From assembly GCA_965203495.1 (NCBI GenBank), contig CBDBDB010000003.1, positions 11,297-75,296 of the forward strand: 64,000 nucleotides of DNA, read 5' to 3'. Under the pieces are notes generated by a model. It had not been told where the DNA came from. It saw only the letters and a list, made by a program, of their open reading frames with translations, and did no database searches. The DNA is from Candidatus Multivorans sp. (GTDB lineage Bacteria; Acidobacteriota; Thermoanaerobaculia; Multivoradales; Multivoraceae). This document shows, piece by piece, positions 37,928 through 47,913 of this stretch. The number at the start of each line of letters is the position of its first letter. Within the stretch, counting starts at the first letter, position 1. The position numbers were made by a program, and so were the translations under genes.

Positions 37928-40900
37928 ATGCTCAAACTCGAGAGTCTGGAAGTCAACGGCTTCAAGACGTTCGTCGACCCGGTAACGAGCCGGTTCGCCC
38001 GCGGCATCACCGCGATCGTCGGGCCGAACGGCTGCGGCAAGAGCAACCTTGCCGAAGCCATCACCTGGGTGCTCGGCGAGCAGAGCGCCAAGTCGCTCCG
38101 CGGCAGTTCCATGGAGGAGGTCATCTTCAACGGAAGCGGCCAGCGCAAGCCCCTGGGGATGGCCGAGGTCAGCCTCACCTTCCTCGCCGATGGCGGCGTC
38201 GAGAACGCCGAGGACGGCCGCATCACGATCGGGCGGCGGATCTTCCGCGGCGGCGAGGGACAGTACCGGTTGAACGACCGGGCGACTCGGCTGAAGGACA
38301 TCCGCGACCTCCTGATGGACACGGGTCTGGGCATTCGCGCCTACTCCGTGATCGAGCAGGGGCGAATCGGGATGATTCTCTCCGGCAAGCCTCAGGAACG
38401 CCGCAAGCTGATCGAGGAGGCCGCCGGGATCACTCGCTACAAGAACCGCAAGCGGCTCGCCGGCCTGAAGCTCGAGGACGCGACCGCCGATCTGCTCCGA
38501 CTCGACGACATCATCTCCGAAGTCGAGCGCAGTCTCCGATCCCTCAAGCGGCAGGCGACGGCCGCCCGGCGCCACCGCGAACGCCGACAGGCCTACCGTG
38601 AACTGCTCGACGCCGTGCTGCGGGCGCGTTGGGCGAGACGTCGAGGCGAACTCGAGGAGATCGGATCGGCTCTGGAACGGGAAGCCGACCGCGAAGCGGC
38701 GCTTCTGGCCGACATCGGCCGCGGCGCCGCGGAACTCGCGGAATGCCGTCAGGCCATCGACGCGCGCACGGAAGAGGCCGTTCGCTCGCACGAACGCCAG
38801 GCCACCCTGCTGGCGACGATCGAGGGGCGCCAGGAACTGATCAAGGGCGGCCGCGCAACCCGGGCGGAGATCGCCGAACGGCTCGAGGCCGGCGGCCGCG
38901 GCGCGGAGACGCGGCGGCGCGAACTGTCGACGGCCGAAGAGGCGCTCGCGGTCCTTGCGGGACGCCGGCGGATGTTCCTCTCGGAGCGCGAAGAAGCGCT
39001 GGCGAAGGTCCACGAGGACCGCCGGCGGATCGACGAGGCCGACGGCGCGATCGAACGCGCCCGCGGGCGACATCGCGACCTGCTGGAAGAACAGGCGGCG
39101 GCGGGCGCCGCGATCGACGAACTGCGCGGCCGCCTGGTCGCCGAGCGCATCGCCAACGAGAAGGCGGTCGATCGCCGCGACCGCGCCGAGAAGACGCTGG
39201 AACGCAGCCAGGAGGCGCTCCGCTCGATCGACGACGACGTCCGGGGCGTCGGCGCCAGGGTGGAGACGCTGGACGTCGCCCTGACCTCCGAGACCCGAGC
39301 CGCCCGGCGGGCGGCGGAGGCCCTGGAAGCGAGCCGGAACCGGTGGGAGACCGCCAGGGCCGAACTGGAATCGCGTCGTCAGGAGCTGGTCGAAGCCCAG
39401 AAGCGCGCGGCCGTTCTCCGGGAGCTCGGTCAGCGAGACGAAGAGCTGCGAGCCGGGATCCGCGACGCATTGCTCGAGTTGGAGCTGCCGGCGCCCCGTT
39501 TTCTCGGCGACGAAGTCAACGTGCCGGCGGGCTGGGAAGACAGCCTGGACGTCTTTCTCGGTCCGCTGCGCCATGCGGTCCTCGTCCCCGGCGACGAAGA
39601 CGCGGTGGCCATTGCCCGGGCCCTTGCCGGCTTCGACCGCCAGGTCACGCTGCTCCGGCCGGCCGGCCCCGGGCCGCCCGCTCCGGACCGCGCGGCGAGC
39701 GGGAAACTCGACGACCCGGAGATCGTCGGCGACGCGTGGACCGCGCTGGGCCTCCCCGCGGAACTGCGTGGATCGCTCCGCCCCGGCTGGCTCGCGACAA
39801 GCCCCGAGGCGGCGGAGCGCTTGGCGGCCGACAACCCGGGCGTCGCCTTTCTGTGCCGCGAGCGGCTCTGGATCGAGGCCGGCCGGGTCACGGTGCGCGG
39901 CGCGGCCGCGGCGCCCGGCGCCTTGGGCCGCCAGCGTGAACTCGACGACCTCGATCGACGCTCCGAGGAACTCGAGGAGCGCTGCACGACACTGGGTCGC
40001 GAAATCGATGCCGCCGCCGAAAGCGGCCGCGACGCCGCGCTGGAAGGTCGGAGGATCGAGCAGGCCGCGGCCGAACTGCGGGAACGACTGGCCGTCGCCA
40101 AGGCCCGGCTCCAGGATCTGGACGAACGGCGGGCGGCGCAGGCCGATGAGAGCGCGGCGGCCGAGACCGAGCGCGACGAACTGATCCGCGGCATCGAGGA
40201 GACGGAAAGCCGGCAGGCCCGGATCCGGGCCGACATGGAGGCCCGGGAAACGGTTCACCGCGGTCTGGAACAGGCAGTGCGAGAGGCGTCCGCCGCCGTC
40301 GAACGGGCTCGGGAAGAGCGCGAGGAGCGCGTCACGGCGGGCGCCGGACGCCAGGGCCAGCTCGAACTGATCGAGGAGCGCTCCGCCACCGAGCGGAACG
40401 AGACAGAGAGGCTGGAGGGTCGCATCGCGAGTCTGCGCGAGGCCGACGGAGAGTGGCTGGCCGAGCAGGAACGGTTGCGCGGCCGCCTCGTCGAACTCGA
40501 GGAGGCGTCCAACCAGGCAAGGCGGGAACTCGACGAGGCCCTGGCCGAGCGGACGAGCGCCGGAGACGAAGCGACCGGCGCCCAGGAGGCTCTCGCGACC
40601 GAGCGCGACCGCGGCCGCGAGCTGGACGGCCGCATGCGCGATCTCGGCGCCCAGCGCGAGGAACTGCGTGAGCGGATGGAGGAACTGCGGGTGCGCCAGG
40701 CGGGTCTGCGCCAGGACGCGGAACACCTGGAGCGGGAGTACCGCGAGGAGTTCCGGCGCGAACTGACCGCGCGGGAAGCGCCGGCGGCGCCTGTCGACGA
40801 AGCCCCCGACCTCGAGACGATGACCGAGGAGCTCGAGCGGCGCCGCGCCCTGCTGGAGCGCATGGGACCGGTCAACGTCCTGGCGGCCGACGAGTACGAC

Positions 40901-41488
40901 GAGCAGCAGGAGCGCCACGCGTTCCTGACCGGACAGCGCGCCGACGTGGCGTCCTCGGTCGAGAGCCTGAAGCGCACGATCCGCGACATCGACAGGACCT
41001 CCTCCGAGCGCTTCGTCTCCACCTTCAGGGAGGTCAACGAGAGCTTCGGGCGGACGTTCACGGAGCTGTTCCGGGGCGGCGAAGCCGAGATGCGCCTGAT
41101 GGACGAGGACGATCCGCTGGACTGCGGCATCGAGATCACCGCCCGGCCGCCGGGCAAGCGGGCCCAGAACATCATGCTGCTCTCGGGCGGGGAGAAGGCG
41201 CTGGCGGCGATCGCCCTGCTGTTCGCCCTGTTCCAGACCAAGCCCTCCCCGTTCTGCATCCTCGACGAGGTCGACGCGCCGCTCGACGACGCGAACATCC
41301 TGCGATTCGTCGACATGCTGGAGCGCATGTCGAAGGAAACCCAGTTTCTCGTCATCACTCACAACAAGCTGACGATGCAGGTTGCGAGCACGCTCTACGG
41401 GGTCACGATGGAGGAACGCGGAGTCTCGAAGATCGTCGGCGTCGACGTCGACGAAATGCACCCCGAACGCCAGTTGGCCACTGCCTGA
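37928..41488 (+). CDS. smc: Chromosome segregation protein SMC
   Basis: N-terminal Walker A (MLKLESLEVNGFKTF...IVGPNGCGKSN), a long coiled-coil region, and C-terminal signature/Walker B (LLSGGEKALAAIALLFALFQTKPSPFCILDEVDAPLDD). Confidence 0.9.
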   Translation: MLKLESLEVNGFKTFVDPVTSRFARGITAIVGPNGCGKSNLAEAITWVLGEQSAKSLRGSSMEEVIFNGSGQRKPLGMAEVSLTFLADGGVENAEDGRITIGRRIFRGGEGQYRLNDRATRLKDIRDLLMDTGLGIRAYSVIEQGRIGMILSGKPQERRKLIEEAAGITRYKNRKRLAGLKLEDATADLLRLDDIISEVERSLRSLKRQATAARRHRERRQAYRELLDAVLRARWARRRGELEEIGSALEREADREAALLADIGRGAAELAECRQAIDARTEEAVRSHERQATLLATIEGRQELIKGGRATRAEIAERLEAGGRGAETRRRELSTAEEALAVLAGRRRMFLSEREEALAKVHEDRRRIDEADGAIERARGRHRDLLEEQAAAGAAIDELRGRLVAERIANEKAVDRRDRAEKTLERSQEALRSIDDDVRGVGARVETLDVALTSETRAARRAAEALEASRNRWETARAELESRRQELVEAQKRAAVLRELGQRDEELRAGIRDALLELELPAPRFLGDEVNVPAGWEDSLDVFLGPLRHAVLVPGDEDAVAIARALAGFDRQVTLLRPAGPGPPAPDRAASGKLDDPEIVGDAWTALGLPAELRGSLRPGWLATSPEAAERLAADNPGVAFLCRERLWIEAGRVTVRGAAAAPGALGRQRELDDLDRRSEELEERCTTLGREIDAAAESGRDAALEGRRIEQAAAELRERLAVAKARLQDLDERRAAQADESAAAETERDELIRGIEETESRQARIRADMEARETVHRGLEQAVREASAAVERAREEREERVTAGAGRQGQLELIEERSATERNETERLEGRIASLREADGEWLAEQERLRGRLVELEEASNQARRELDEALAERTSAGDEATGAQEALATERDRGRELDGRMRDLGAQREELRERMEELRVRQAGLRQDAEHLEREYREEFRRELTAREAPAAPVDEAPDLETMTEELERRRALLERMGPVNVLAADEYDEQQERHAFLTGQRADVASSVESLKRTIRDIDRTSSERFVSTFREVNESFGRTFTELFRGGEAEMRLMDEDDPLDCGIEITARPPGKRAQNIMLLSGGEKALAAIALLFALFQTKPSPFCILDEVDAPLDDANILRFVDMLERMSKETQFLVITHNKLTMQVASTLYGVTMEERGVSKIVGVDVDEMHPERQLATA

Positions 41489-41507
41489 GCGCTGGTAGGC
41501 TGACGCC

Positions 41508-42803
41508 ATGAAGCGCTCGGTCCTCTTCTGTCTCGTCCTTCCGCTCGCGGTCGGCGCCGCGGACGCCTCGGACCGCGACGCACCCACCTTCCACGCCGAC
41601 GTGCTGCCCGTGCTTCAGACCCACTGTCAGGATTGTCACCGCCCCGCCGGAGCGAACTACGGCGGGATGCGGGCGCCGATGGCCCTGACCACCTATGCCG
41701 AGACGCGGCCCTGGGCCCGGTCCATCGCACGGACGGTGGCGGCCCGGGAGATGCCGCCCTGGGACGCCCACCCCCGACACGACGGGACGTTCGCGAACGA
41801 GCGGGTGCTCGACCCGGCGGAGATCGAGATCCTGGTCAACTGGGCGCGCGGCGGCGCCGCCCCCGGCGATGCCGGCGACGCTCCCCCGCCGCGGGAGTTT
41901 CCGAGCGCCGGCGGCTGGGTGGTGGGCGAGCCCGACCTCGTGGTGACCATGCCGGCGCCCTACTTCGTCGAGGACGAAGTCGACGACCTCTACGCCGCCT
42001 TCTCGACCGTCCTCACCGAGGAGGATCTGCCCGAGGATCGTTGGGTCGTCGCCTTCCAGTGCAAGCCGGACAGCGAGATCATCCATCACTTCAACCTTCA
42101 CCTGCTGGCGCCGGACGAAAACGGCCAATTGCCGCCGGCGCCGGCGTTCCCGAACCAGGATCAGCTCGCCCCGGCGCCGGAGAACGCGGGCGCCTACATG
42201 GGCGGCGTCTCGTCCGGCAGCGACGCCAACCGCTACCCGGAGGGCTACGGGTTTCTTCTCAGGAAGGGCTCGCGGGTGACGTTCGACATCCACTACCACA
42301 AGGAAGCCGGCGCCGGCACGGGCCTGTGGGACCAGTCGTCGATCGGTTTCGTCTTCGCCGACGAACCGGTGACCCGTCCGCTCGGCTCCGGTCTGCGCCC
42401 GATCATGAACTTCACGTTCGCGATTCCGCCGAATGACGGCAACTTCCAGGTGGGTCCCTACTCCACCGTCGCCCGACGGGACACCGAGATCATCGCGCTC
42501 ATGCCGCACATGCACATGCGCGGCAAGGCCGCGCGCTTCGAGGCGTTCTACCCCGACGGCACGAGCGAAGTGCTGCTCGAGGTGCCCGAGTTCGACTTCT
42601 CCTGGCAGACCGTCTACTACTACGACAAGCTGAAGCGCATCCCCGCCGGCTCCCGGATCGAGTACACGGCCTGGTACGACAACTCGCCCGAGAAGGCGGC
42701 CCGTTACGGCTTCGACTCGAATCGCACGGTCCGCTTCGGCCAGCCCTCCACCGACGAGATGATGATGGGCTTCATGATGAGCGCCGCGGCGCCGGAGAAC
42801 TAG
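41508..42803 (+). CDS. Exported fusion protein: N-terminal PSCyt1-type mono-haem cytochrome c domain + copper type-II ascorbate-dependent monooxygenase-like (PHM/DBH-like) two-domain region
   Basis: Signal peptide; FHADVLPVLQTHCQDCHRPAG (CxxCH). CuH-like HH...H ligands (EIIHHFNLH ... DIHYH) and CuM-like HxH...M ligands (PHMHMRGKA ... STDEMMMGF), with spacing as in peptidylglycine alpha-hydroxylating monooxygenase. Confidence 0.6.
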   Translation: MKRSVLFCLVLPLAVGAADASDRDAPTFHADVLPVLQTHCQDCHRPAGANYGGMRAPMALTTYAETRPWARSIARTVAAREMPPWDAHPRHDGTFANERVLDPAEIEILVNWARGGAAPGDAGDAPPPREFPSAGGWVVGEPDLVVTMPAPYFVEDEVDDLYAAFSTVLTEEDLPEDRWVVAFQCKPDSEIIHHFNLHLLAPDENGQLPPAPAFPNQDQLAPAPENAGAYMGGVSSGSDANRYPEGYGFLLRKGSRVTFDIHYHKEAGAGTGLWDQSSIGFVFADEPVTRPLGSGLRPIMNFTFAIPPNDGNFQVGPYSTVARRDTEIIALMPHMHMRGKAARFEAFYPDGTSEVLLEVPEFDFSWQTVYYYDKLKRIPAGSRIEYTAWYDNSPEKAARYGFDSNRTVRFGQPSTDEMMMGFMMSAAAPEN

Positions 42804-42843
42804 CCGCCCGGAGCCGTCCCGCGGGTCTTCCGAGCCACGGGAC

Positions 42844-43167
42844 CTACGTCCGCGCAAGCCGGTGGGCGGCGCCCAGAGAACCGGCGGCGATCAACAGACC
42901 CAGCAGCTCGCGGCTGCGCTCGATGTGCATCCGGCTGGCCGACATCGGGGCCCACAGGTCGCTGGTCGGACGGTGCAGAAGCCAGTCGATGAACCCCGGC
43001 AGCGTCAGCGCGACGCCCGCCGCCGTGACCGTGACGAGCGCCAGAAAGACGACGCGGTGAAGCGGCCGGTAGGCGGCGATCGTGCAGGCGCAGGCGACCG
43101 ACGCGTAGTAGGTCACCCAGATCAGCGGGTCCGGGTCGTTGATCTGCAGCAGGGCGAAGACCAGCAT
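42844..43167 (-). CDS. TMEM220-like small membrane protein
   Basis: MLVFALLQINDPDPLIWVTYY and ...SRELLGLLIAAGS resemble the TMEM220 family blocks (ALVQVNDPDAELWVVVY; GRELSGLVIITAW). Confidence 0.5.
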   Translation of the reverse strand: MLVFALLQINDPDPLIWVTYYASVACACTIAAYRPLHRVVFLALVTVTAAGVALTLPGFIDWLLHRPTSDLWAPMSASRMHIERSRELLGLLIAAGSLGAAHRLART

Positions 43168-43202
43168 CGCCAAGCCCAGCAACAGGGACGGGAACCGAGG
43201 AC

Positions 43203-44234
43203 TCAACTCCACTCCAGACCGTCGAGGTCGACGCAGACTTCCTCGGCGAGCGAAACGCTCAGTTCGACGATCAGGCGCGTGAAGGGCGAACGAGCCAGCC
43301 ACGCGCGGTCCTGGTCTGCGGCCGCCGACCAGATCTCGAGCGTCGACGAACCGTGTTCGCGGGACTCGACCGTGACGACCGCCTCGGGTCGCCAGCCGGG
43401 GTCGGGATCCCCGGGCCGATAGGCCACGGCCGAGAGGCGGAAGAACTTGTCGACCCAGGCGGCCAGGTCGGCGTCGGCGTCGTCCGAGGTCTCGACGGTC
43501 CAGTACGGCTCGGCGGGGCCGGCGCCGAGGCGCTGGCGAATCCTCAGCGGCGCCTCCGTTCCGGACCCCGGGCGGCGCAGGGTCATCGCCTCCACTTCGG
43601 GCCGCGACGCGGCGAACAGCCGCCGCTCCATCAGCAGCTCGGCGCCGCCGCCCAGACCTGAAGCGACCTCGGAAGGCAACACCAGAACGGTTCCGCCGGG
43701 GGCGGCGCCAGCGCCCGGCCCGGTCTCGCGTCGCGCGTAGCGGTCGGCGCCGCCGAAGGGCCGGCCGCCGAGTCGAAAGCCGATGTCCCGGCCGCGCACG
43801 GTCAACGTCAGGAACTCGGCCGCCGAGTCGCCGTCGGCAAGCCCGAGTTCCGCGAGCTTGGCGCCGTCCACGTTCTCGAGCGCCCTGACCGCCCGCAGCG
43901 GCGCAAGTCCTCGCCACAGCGTCTCCACCTGCCGGCCGCCGACGAACACCGTGTCCGCTCCTTCGCGGCCGGCGAACCAACGCCCCAGGTCGTCTTCCCG
44001 AGCCTCGATCTCGATCCTCTGTTCGCCACGCTCGTACGCCACGCGCTCGACGTCTTCTTCGGCCGCCTGAACAACGACCGCGCCTGTCGCGGCGCCGGCG
44101 GCCGCGCCCTCGAACGGCCGTTCGAAGGACAGCCAGGCGCCGGCCAGCGCGAGGACGAGCAAGGCGAGGTGGCGCCAGGTCGATCGCCAGGGCGACTTCG
44201 GGAGCGGAACCAGGGTCGGCGCCGGAGGAGTCAC
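43203..44234 (-). CDS. DUF4340-like protein (partner of the GldG-type ABC auxiliary component)
   Basis: N-terminal TM anchor. Its position immediately downstream of a GldG-like gene and its length/composition are typical of DUF4340. Confidence 0.5.
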   Translation of the reverse strand: MTPPAPTLVPLPKSPWRSTWRHLALLVLALAGAWLSFERPFEGAAAGAATGAVVVQAAEEDVERVAYERGEQRIEIEAREDDLGRWFAGREGADTVFVGGRQVETLWRGLAPLRAVRALENVDGAKLAELGLADGDSAAEFLTLTVRGRDIGFRLGGRPFGGADRYARRETGPGAGAAPGGTVLVLPSEVASGLGGGAELLMERRLFAASRPEVEAMTLRRPGSGTEAPLRIRQRLGAGPAEPYWTVETSDDADADLAAWVDKFFRLSAVAYRPGDPDPGWRPEAVVTVESREHGSSTLEIWSAAADQDRAWLARSPFTRLIVELSVSLAEEVCVDLDGLEWS

Positions 44235-46096
44235 GAACCTACCCTCGCGGCCTGCCGCCAGCCGACCGCGCGGCGCCGGCGGACGGTCGCGAAGCCGATG
44301 GCCAGAACCAGGGCGGGCGCTCCGAACACCGTACCGAGGAACCAGCGGATCGACTCGCCGCGGGTCCGCTGCAGGACGGGATCGTCATCGCCCGGAACGC
44401 TCGCGACAGCCGCTTCGCCTTCGCGGGCCAGCCAGGCGTACGCGTCGAGCAGAAGCTTGGCGTTGGCCGACATCGCGCCGGGACCGGCAACGTACACGTA
44501 GTCGTCGTTCAGCGCGTCGACGTCGCCGATCACGACGGCGCGGCTCTCGGCGCCTTCGCCGGCGCCCTCCGTCGGCAGGGTCGATGCCATCGCCAGGGCC
44601 TCGATGGCGTCCGTTTCCGCTTCGCGGTCGCGCTCGAAATCGCCGTCGAGTTCCAGCCAGCTCCCGGTCATCGGGCGCACCAGCACGGTCGAGCGGGCCG
44701 GACCGCCCGCCACGCCCTCGAGCCCGGACGCGCCTTCCAGCACGAGGCCAATGCGGCTCGCCGCACGGGACAGGTCGCTCGTCGTCGCGTGGCTGCCAAA
44801 GCGGTTGGTCAGGACCAGACGGCGGTCGCTCGCGCCCCCGTCCCGCCGCAGGTGGTACCGGTCGTTGGCGACCGTGCCCGCGAGCCGGCGGATCGCCATC
44901 TCCTCGAGCAGCGACGCCAGACCGTGATCGACTCCCGGCTCCAGCAGCAGCAGAATCGAGCCGCCGCGGTTCCAGAACCGGCGCAGACTGTCGACCTCCT
45001 CAGGCAGGAAGCGCCGGGTGGGGCCGAGAGCGGCGACGACGCCGGCTTCCGGCGGCAGGTCCTGGATCAGGTCGGCCACGGGCAGATTCCGGGTGCGGAC
45101 GTTGAGCGCCCGCAGGATGCCGTATGCGTTCCCGAGCCCTGGTTCGCCGGCATCGTTCGCTACCTCGCCCCGCTCGCCGTGGCCGACGGTGACGTACAGT
45201 GTCCGGCGTTCCCGGCCGATCTCCAGCAGCGCCTCCTGAAACTCCCGGTCGAGGGCGCCAAGACGCCGCTTTGCCCGCTCGTAGTCCACGTCGAGTTCGA
45301 TCCTGCGCTGATCGCCTCCACGCAGAACAAACAGCACGCCGTTGTTCCGGGCGCCGAGCGCCGCCGCGCGGGTCGGTTCGAGCGCCTGGTCGAGCACCGT
45401 CACATCCACCGGCCCGGCGGCGGCGACTTCGTCGAGGAAAGGCTGGATCCGCCTCAGGACCTGGTTCGCGGGCGGGAAGAACGCAACGACCTCGACCGGC
45501 GTCCGAAGGGAGCCGACGAGCTCCAGCGTCGCCTCCGAGGCCCGCGCCCGGCTGAGCGCGCTCCACTCCCACAGCCGGTCGCGCTCGCCGGCCGTGTAGT
45601 TGACCGCGACCACCCAGGCAAACGCCAGCGCCAGGCTCAGAGCGGCGGCGGTCGCGGCGAGCACGCGGCGCGGTTCCTGACCGCCGCCGCGAAAGCGGGT
45701 CCAGTCGCCGCCGACCGCGGCCACGGTTCCCACCCACCAGGCGAGCATCCAGGCCACGGACCACACTCCCCGCCAGGACGCCGCGCCATCCTCGTCGAAA
45801 CCGAGGCGATCCACCACCGTGCCGGTGGTCAGCGGATAGAGGAGGAGACCGAGCGCCGCCAGACCGTAGAACCCGAGCGCCCGCCTGGCCGCGGCGCGCG
45901 CCGGAGAGCCGGAGGCGGCGCTGGCCAGTTCCGCCGCGGCGGCGGCGACCGCCAACGCGGCAAGCCCGGCCCCGGTTCCCCGCAGGATCCCGCTCAGGAC
46001 GCCCGCGGTCGCGTAGCGTTCCGCCGCGAGAATCAGAATGGAACCGCCGAGCCACAGCATCGGCGCGGCGCGGCCGGGCCGTCCGGTCACCGCCAT
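44231..46096 (-). CDS. GldG-like ABC-transporter auxiliary component
   Basis: 621 aa with an N-terminal TM and a large extracytoplasmic domain. The ATG at 46096 overlaps the ABC-2 permease 3' end. The upstream part of the track ORF (to 46864) is out-of-frame overlap with the permease gene. Confidence 0.7.
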   Translation of the reverse strand: MAVTGRPGRAAPMLWLGGSILILAAERYATAGVLSGILRGTGAGLAALAVAAAAAELASAASGSPARAAARRALGFYGLAALGLLLYPLTTGTVVDRLGFDEDGAASWRGVWSVAWMLAWWVGTVAAVGGDWTRFRGGGQEPRRVLAATAAALSLALAFAWVVAVNYTAGERDRLWEWSALSRARASEATLELVGSLRTPVEVVAFFPPANQVLRRIQPFLDEVAAAGPVDVTVLDQALEPTRAAALGARNNGVLFVLRGGDQRRIELDVDYERAKRRLGALDREFQEALLEIGRERRTLYVTVGHGERGEVANDAGEPGLGNAYGILRALNVRTRNLPVADLIQDLPPEAGVVAALGPTRRFLPEEVDSLRRFWNRGGSILLLLEPGVDHGLASLLEEMAIRRLAGTVANDRYHLRRDGGASDRRLVLTNRFGSHATTSDLSRAASRIGLVLEGASGLEGVAGGPARSTVLVRPMTGSWLELDGDFERDREAETDAIEALAMASTLPTEGAGEGAESRAVVIGDVDALNDDYVYVAGPGAMSANAKLLLDAYAWLAREGEAAVASVPGDDDPVLQRTRGESIRWFLGTVFGAPALVLAIGFATVRRRRAVGWRQAARVGS

Positions 46097-46809
46097 CTCC
46101 TCGCCTGCAGCGCCCGCACGGCGAGCAGCAGGAACAGGAAGGAGACCGTCGGCGCGTAGACCAGCGTCTTCAGGTGGACCGCCCCGTCCTGGAACGGTTC
46201 GAAGTGCTCGCGGTAGAGGTCCATCGCCGCGAACACGCGGTCGAGAGGAGGTTCGCTGATCCCGGAGAGCAGCCAGAACAGAACCTGGAGCGTGACCAGG
46301 AAGCCGGCGGCGACGCCGGCGGCCAGTTGATTCGGCGCCAGGGCCGAGCAGAAGACGCCGATCGCGGTGCACACCGCCGCGGCCAGCGCAATGCCAAGAT
46401 AGCCAGCGGCGGCCTGACCCCACTCCAGGTTGCCCTTGAGCTGGATCATGACCGGGATGTACGCCGCCGCGGCCACCGTGCAGAGCACGAAGCCCAACGC
46501 GCCCAGGTACTTGCCGAGCACGATCTGCCAGTCCCCGGCCGGCGAGGTCAGCAGGAGAACCAGCGTGCGCTGCTCGCGCTCGGCGGCGAACGAGCGCATC
46601 GTGACGAACACCGCCGCCGCCATCGTGACGCCGAAGTTCGTGTAGAGGAAGAGGCTCAGCACTTCGGACGAGGGCCGTTGGCCGCCCAGCGTCCAGGCAT
46701 TGAAGAAGAGGCCGTCGAGCATCAGGACCAGGGCCAGGATCGCCCAGCCGTGGAGTCCGACGAACGCGGCGTGGAGTTCGCGCCGCGCGATCAGCAGGAC
46801 CGTGCTCAC
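46087..46809 (-). CDS. ABC-2 type transporter permease
   Basis: 240 aa with 6 TM helices. It sits between the ATPase and the GldG-like gene with overlapping termini. Confidence 0.7.
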   Translation of the reverse strand: MSTVLLIARRELHAAFVGLHGWAILALVLMLDGLFFNAWTLGGQRPSSEVLSLFLYTNFGVTMAAAVFVTMRSFAAEREQRTLVLLLTSPAGDWQIVLGKYLGALGFVLCTVAAAAYIPVMIQLKGNLEWGQAAAGYLGIALAAAVCTAIGVFCSALAPNQLAAGVAAGFLVTLQVLFWLLSGISEPPLDRVFAAMDLYREHFEPFQDGAVHLKTLVYAPTVSFLFLLLAVRALQARRWR

Positions 46810-47801
46810 GATCCGCCCGTCCCCCCTGTTCGGCTGGGGCCGCCTGTCCGGCCATCGACGCCATCGCCCCGCACCAGATCGAGGAACACCCGCTCCAGGT
46901 CGGAGCGAACCGGCGCCAGGCGCCGGAGGCCGAGCCCGGCCCCGACCAGCGCTCCGGCCACCTCCTCTCGTTCGACGCCGGCCAGGTCCAGCGTCAGCGC
47001 CGAGACGCCGTCGCCGAGATCCGCCGACTGAACCGTTGCGGCGCCGGCCGGCAGCCGGCCGGCCGCGTCCGCCAGTGTCCCCCGCACCTCGACCTCCACC
47101 CGCTCCCTGCCGGCCAGAGCTCCGAGTTCCTCCTGGCTGCCGTGCGCGAGAAGCTCTCCCTCGTGCAGGACGAGAATCGAGTCGCAGGTCTCGTGAACCT
47201 CGCGCAGATGGTGAGACGACGTGAACACGGTGCGCCGACCGCCGAGCGAACGGACCAACTCGCGCATGCCGACGATCTCGGCCGGGTCAAGCGAAGACAC
47301 CGGTTCGTCGAGCAGGACGACGTCCGGTTCGTGAAGGAGCGCCTGGGCGATGCCGACGCGCTTGCGGTAGCCCATCGACAACTCGCCGACCACGCGGTCG
47401 AGGTGTCCGCCCAGGTGCGCCTGCTCGGCGACGACGGCGATGCGGCCAGCCAGGTCCCGACGCGCCACGCCGTTCAGCGCGCCCACGAAGCCCAGGCAGT
47501 CGCGGACCCGCATCTCCCGGTAGAGCGGCGGTTCCTCGGGGAGGTAGCCGACCCGCGAACGCATCGCGCGCGAGTCGTCTCCCGGCTCGCCGTCTCCCAG
47601 CCGGAAGGGGCCGATCGAGACGCGGCCGCCGCTGGGCAGGATCTCGCCCGCCAGAATCCGCAGCAGCGTCGACTTGCCGGCGCCGTTCAGGCCAAGAACC
47701 CCGACGACCTCGCCGGCGCGGCAGGCGAAACCGACGTCGGCGAGCGCCGTCACCGCGCCGTACCTCTTGCTCAGCCGTTCCGTCCGGACGATCGCCGTCA
47801 C
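46806..47801 (-). CDS. ABC transporter ATP-binding protein (start uncertain; GTG at 47801 or upstream ATG)
   Basis: Walker A (GLNGAGKSTLLR), signature (LSMGYRKR) and Walker B (VVLLDEP). Confidence 0.85.
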   Translation of the reverse strand: MTAIVRTERLSKRYGAVTALADVGFACRAGEVVGVLGLNGAGKSTLLRILAGEILPSGGRVSIGPFRLGDGEPGDDSRAMRSRVGYLPEEPPLYREMRVRDCLGFVGALNGVARRDLAGRIAVVAEQAHLGGHLDRVVGELSMGYRKRVGIAQALLHEPDVVLLDEPVSSLDPAEIVGMRELVRSLGGRRTVFTSSHHLREVHETCDSILVLHEGELLAHGSQEELGALAGRERVEVEVRGTLADAAGRLPAGAATVQSADLGDGVSALTLDLAGVEREEVAGALVGAGLGLRRLAPVRSDLERVFLDLVRGDGVDGRTGGPSRTGGTGGS

Positions 47802-47913
47802 CTTGTCAACCCATCGAACAGGCGCCCCGAATCCGGGACGATCGGAATCCTGACCGATGGCGGCGAACCGACGCAAGGCCCGCGGAGGCAGGGCAAGTAG
47901 ACTTCGCCCCATC

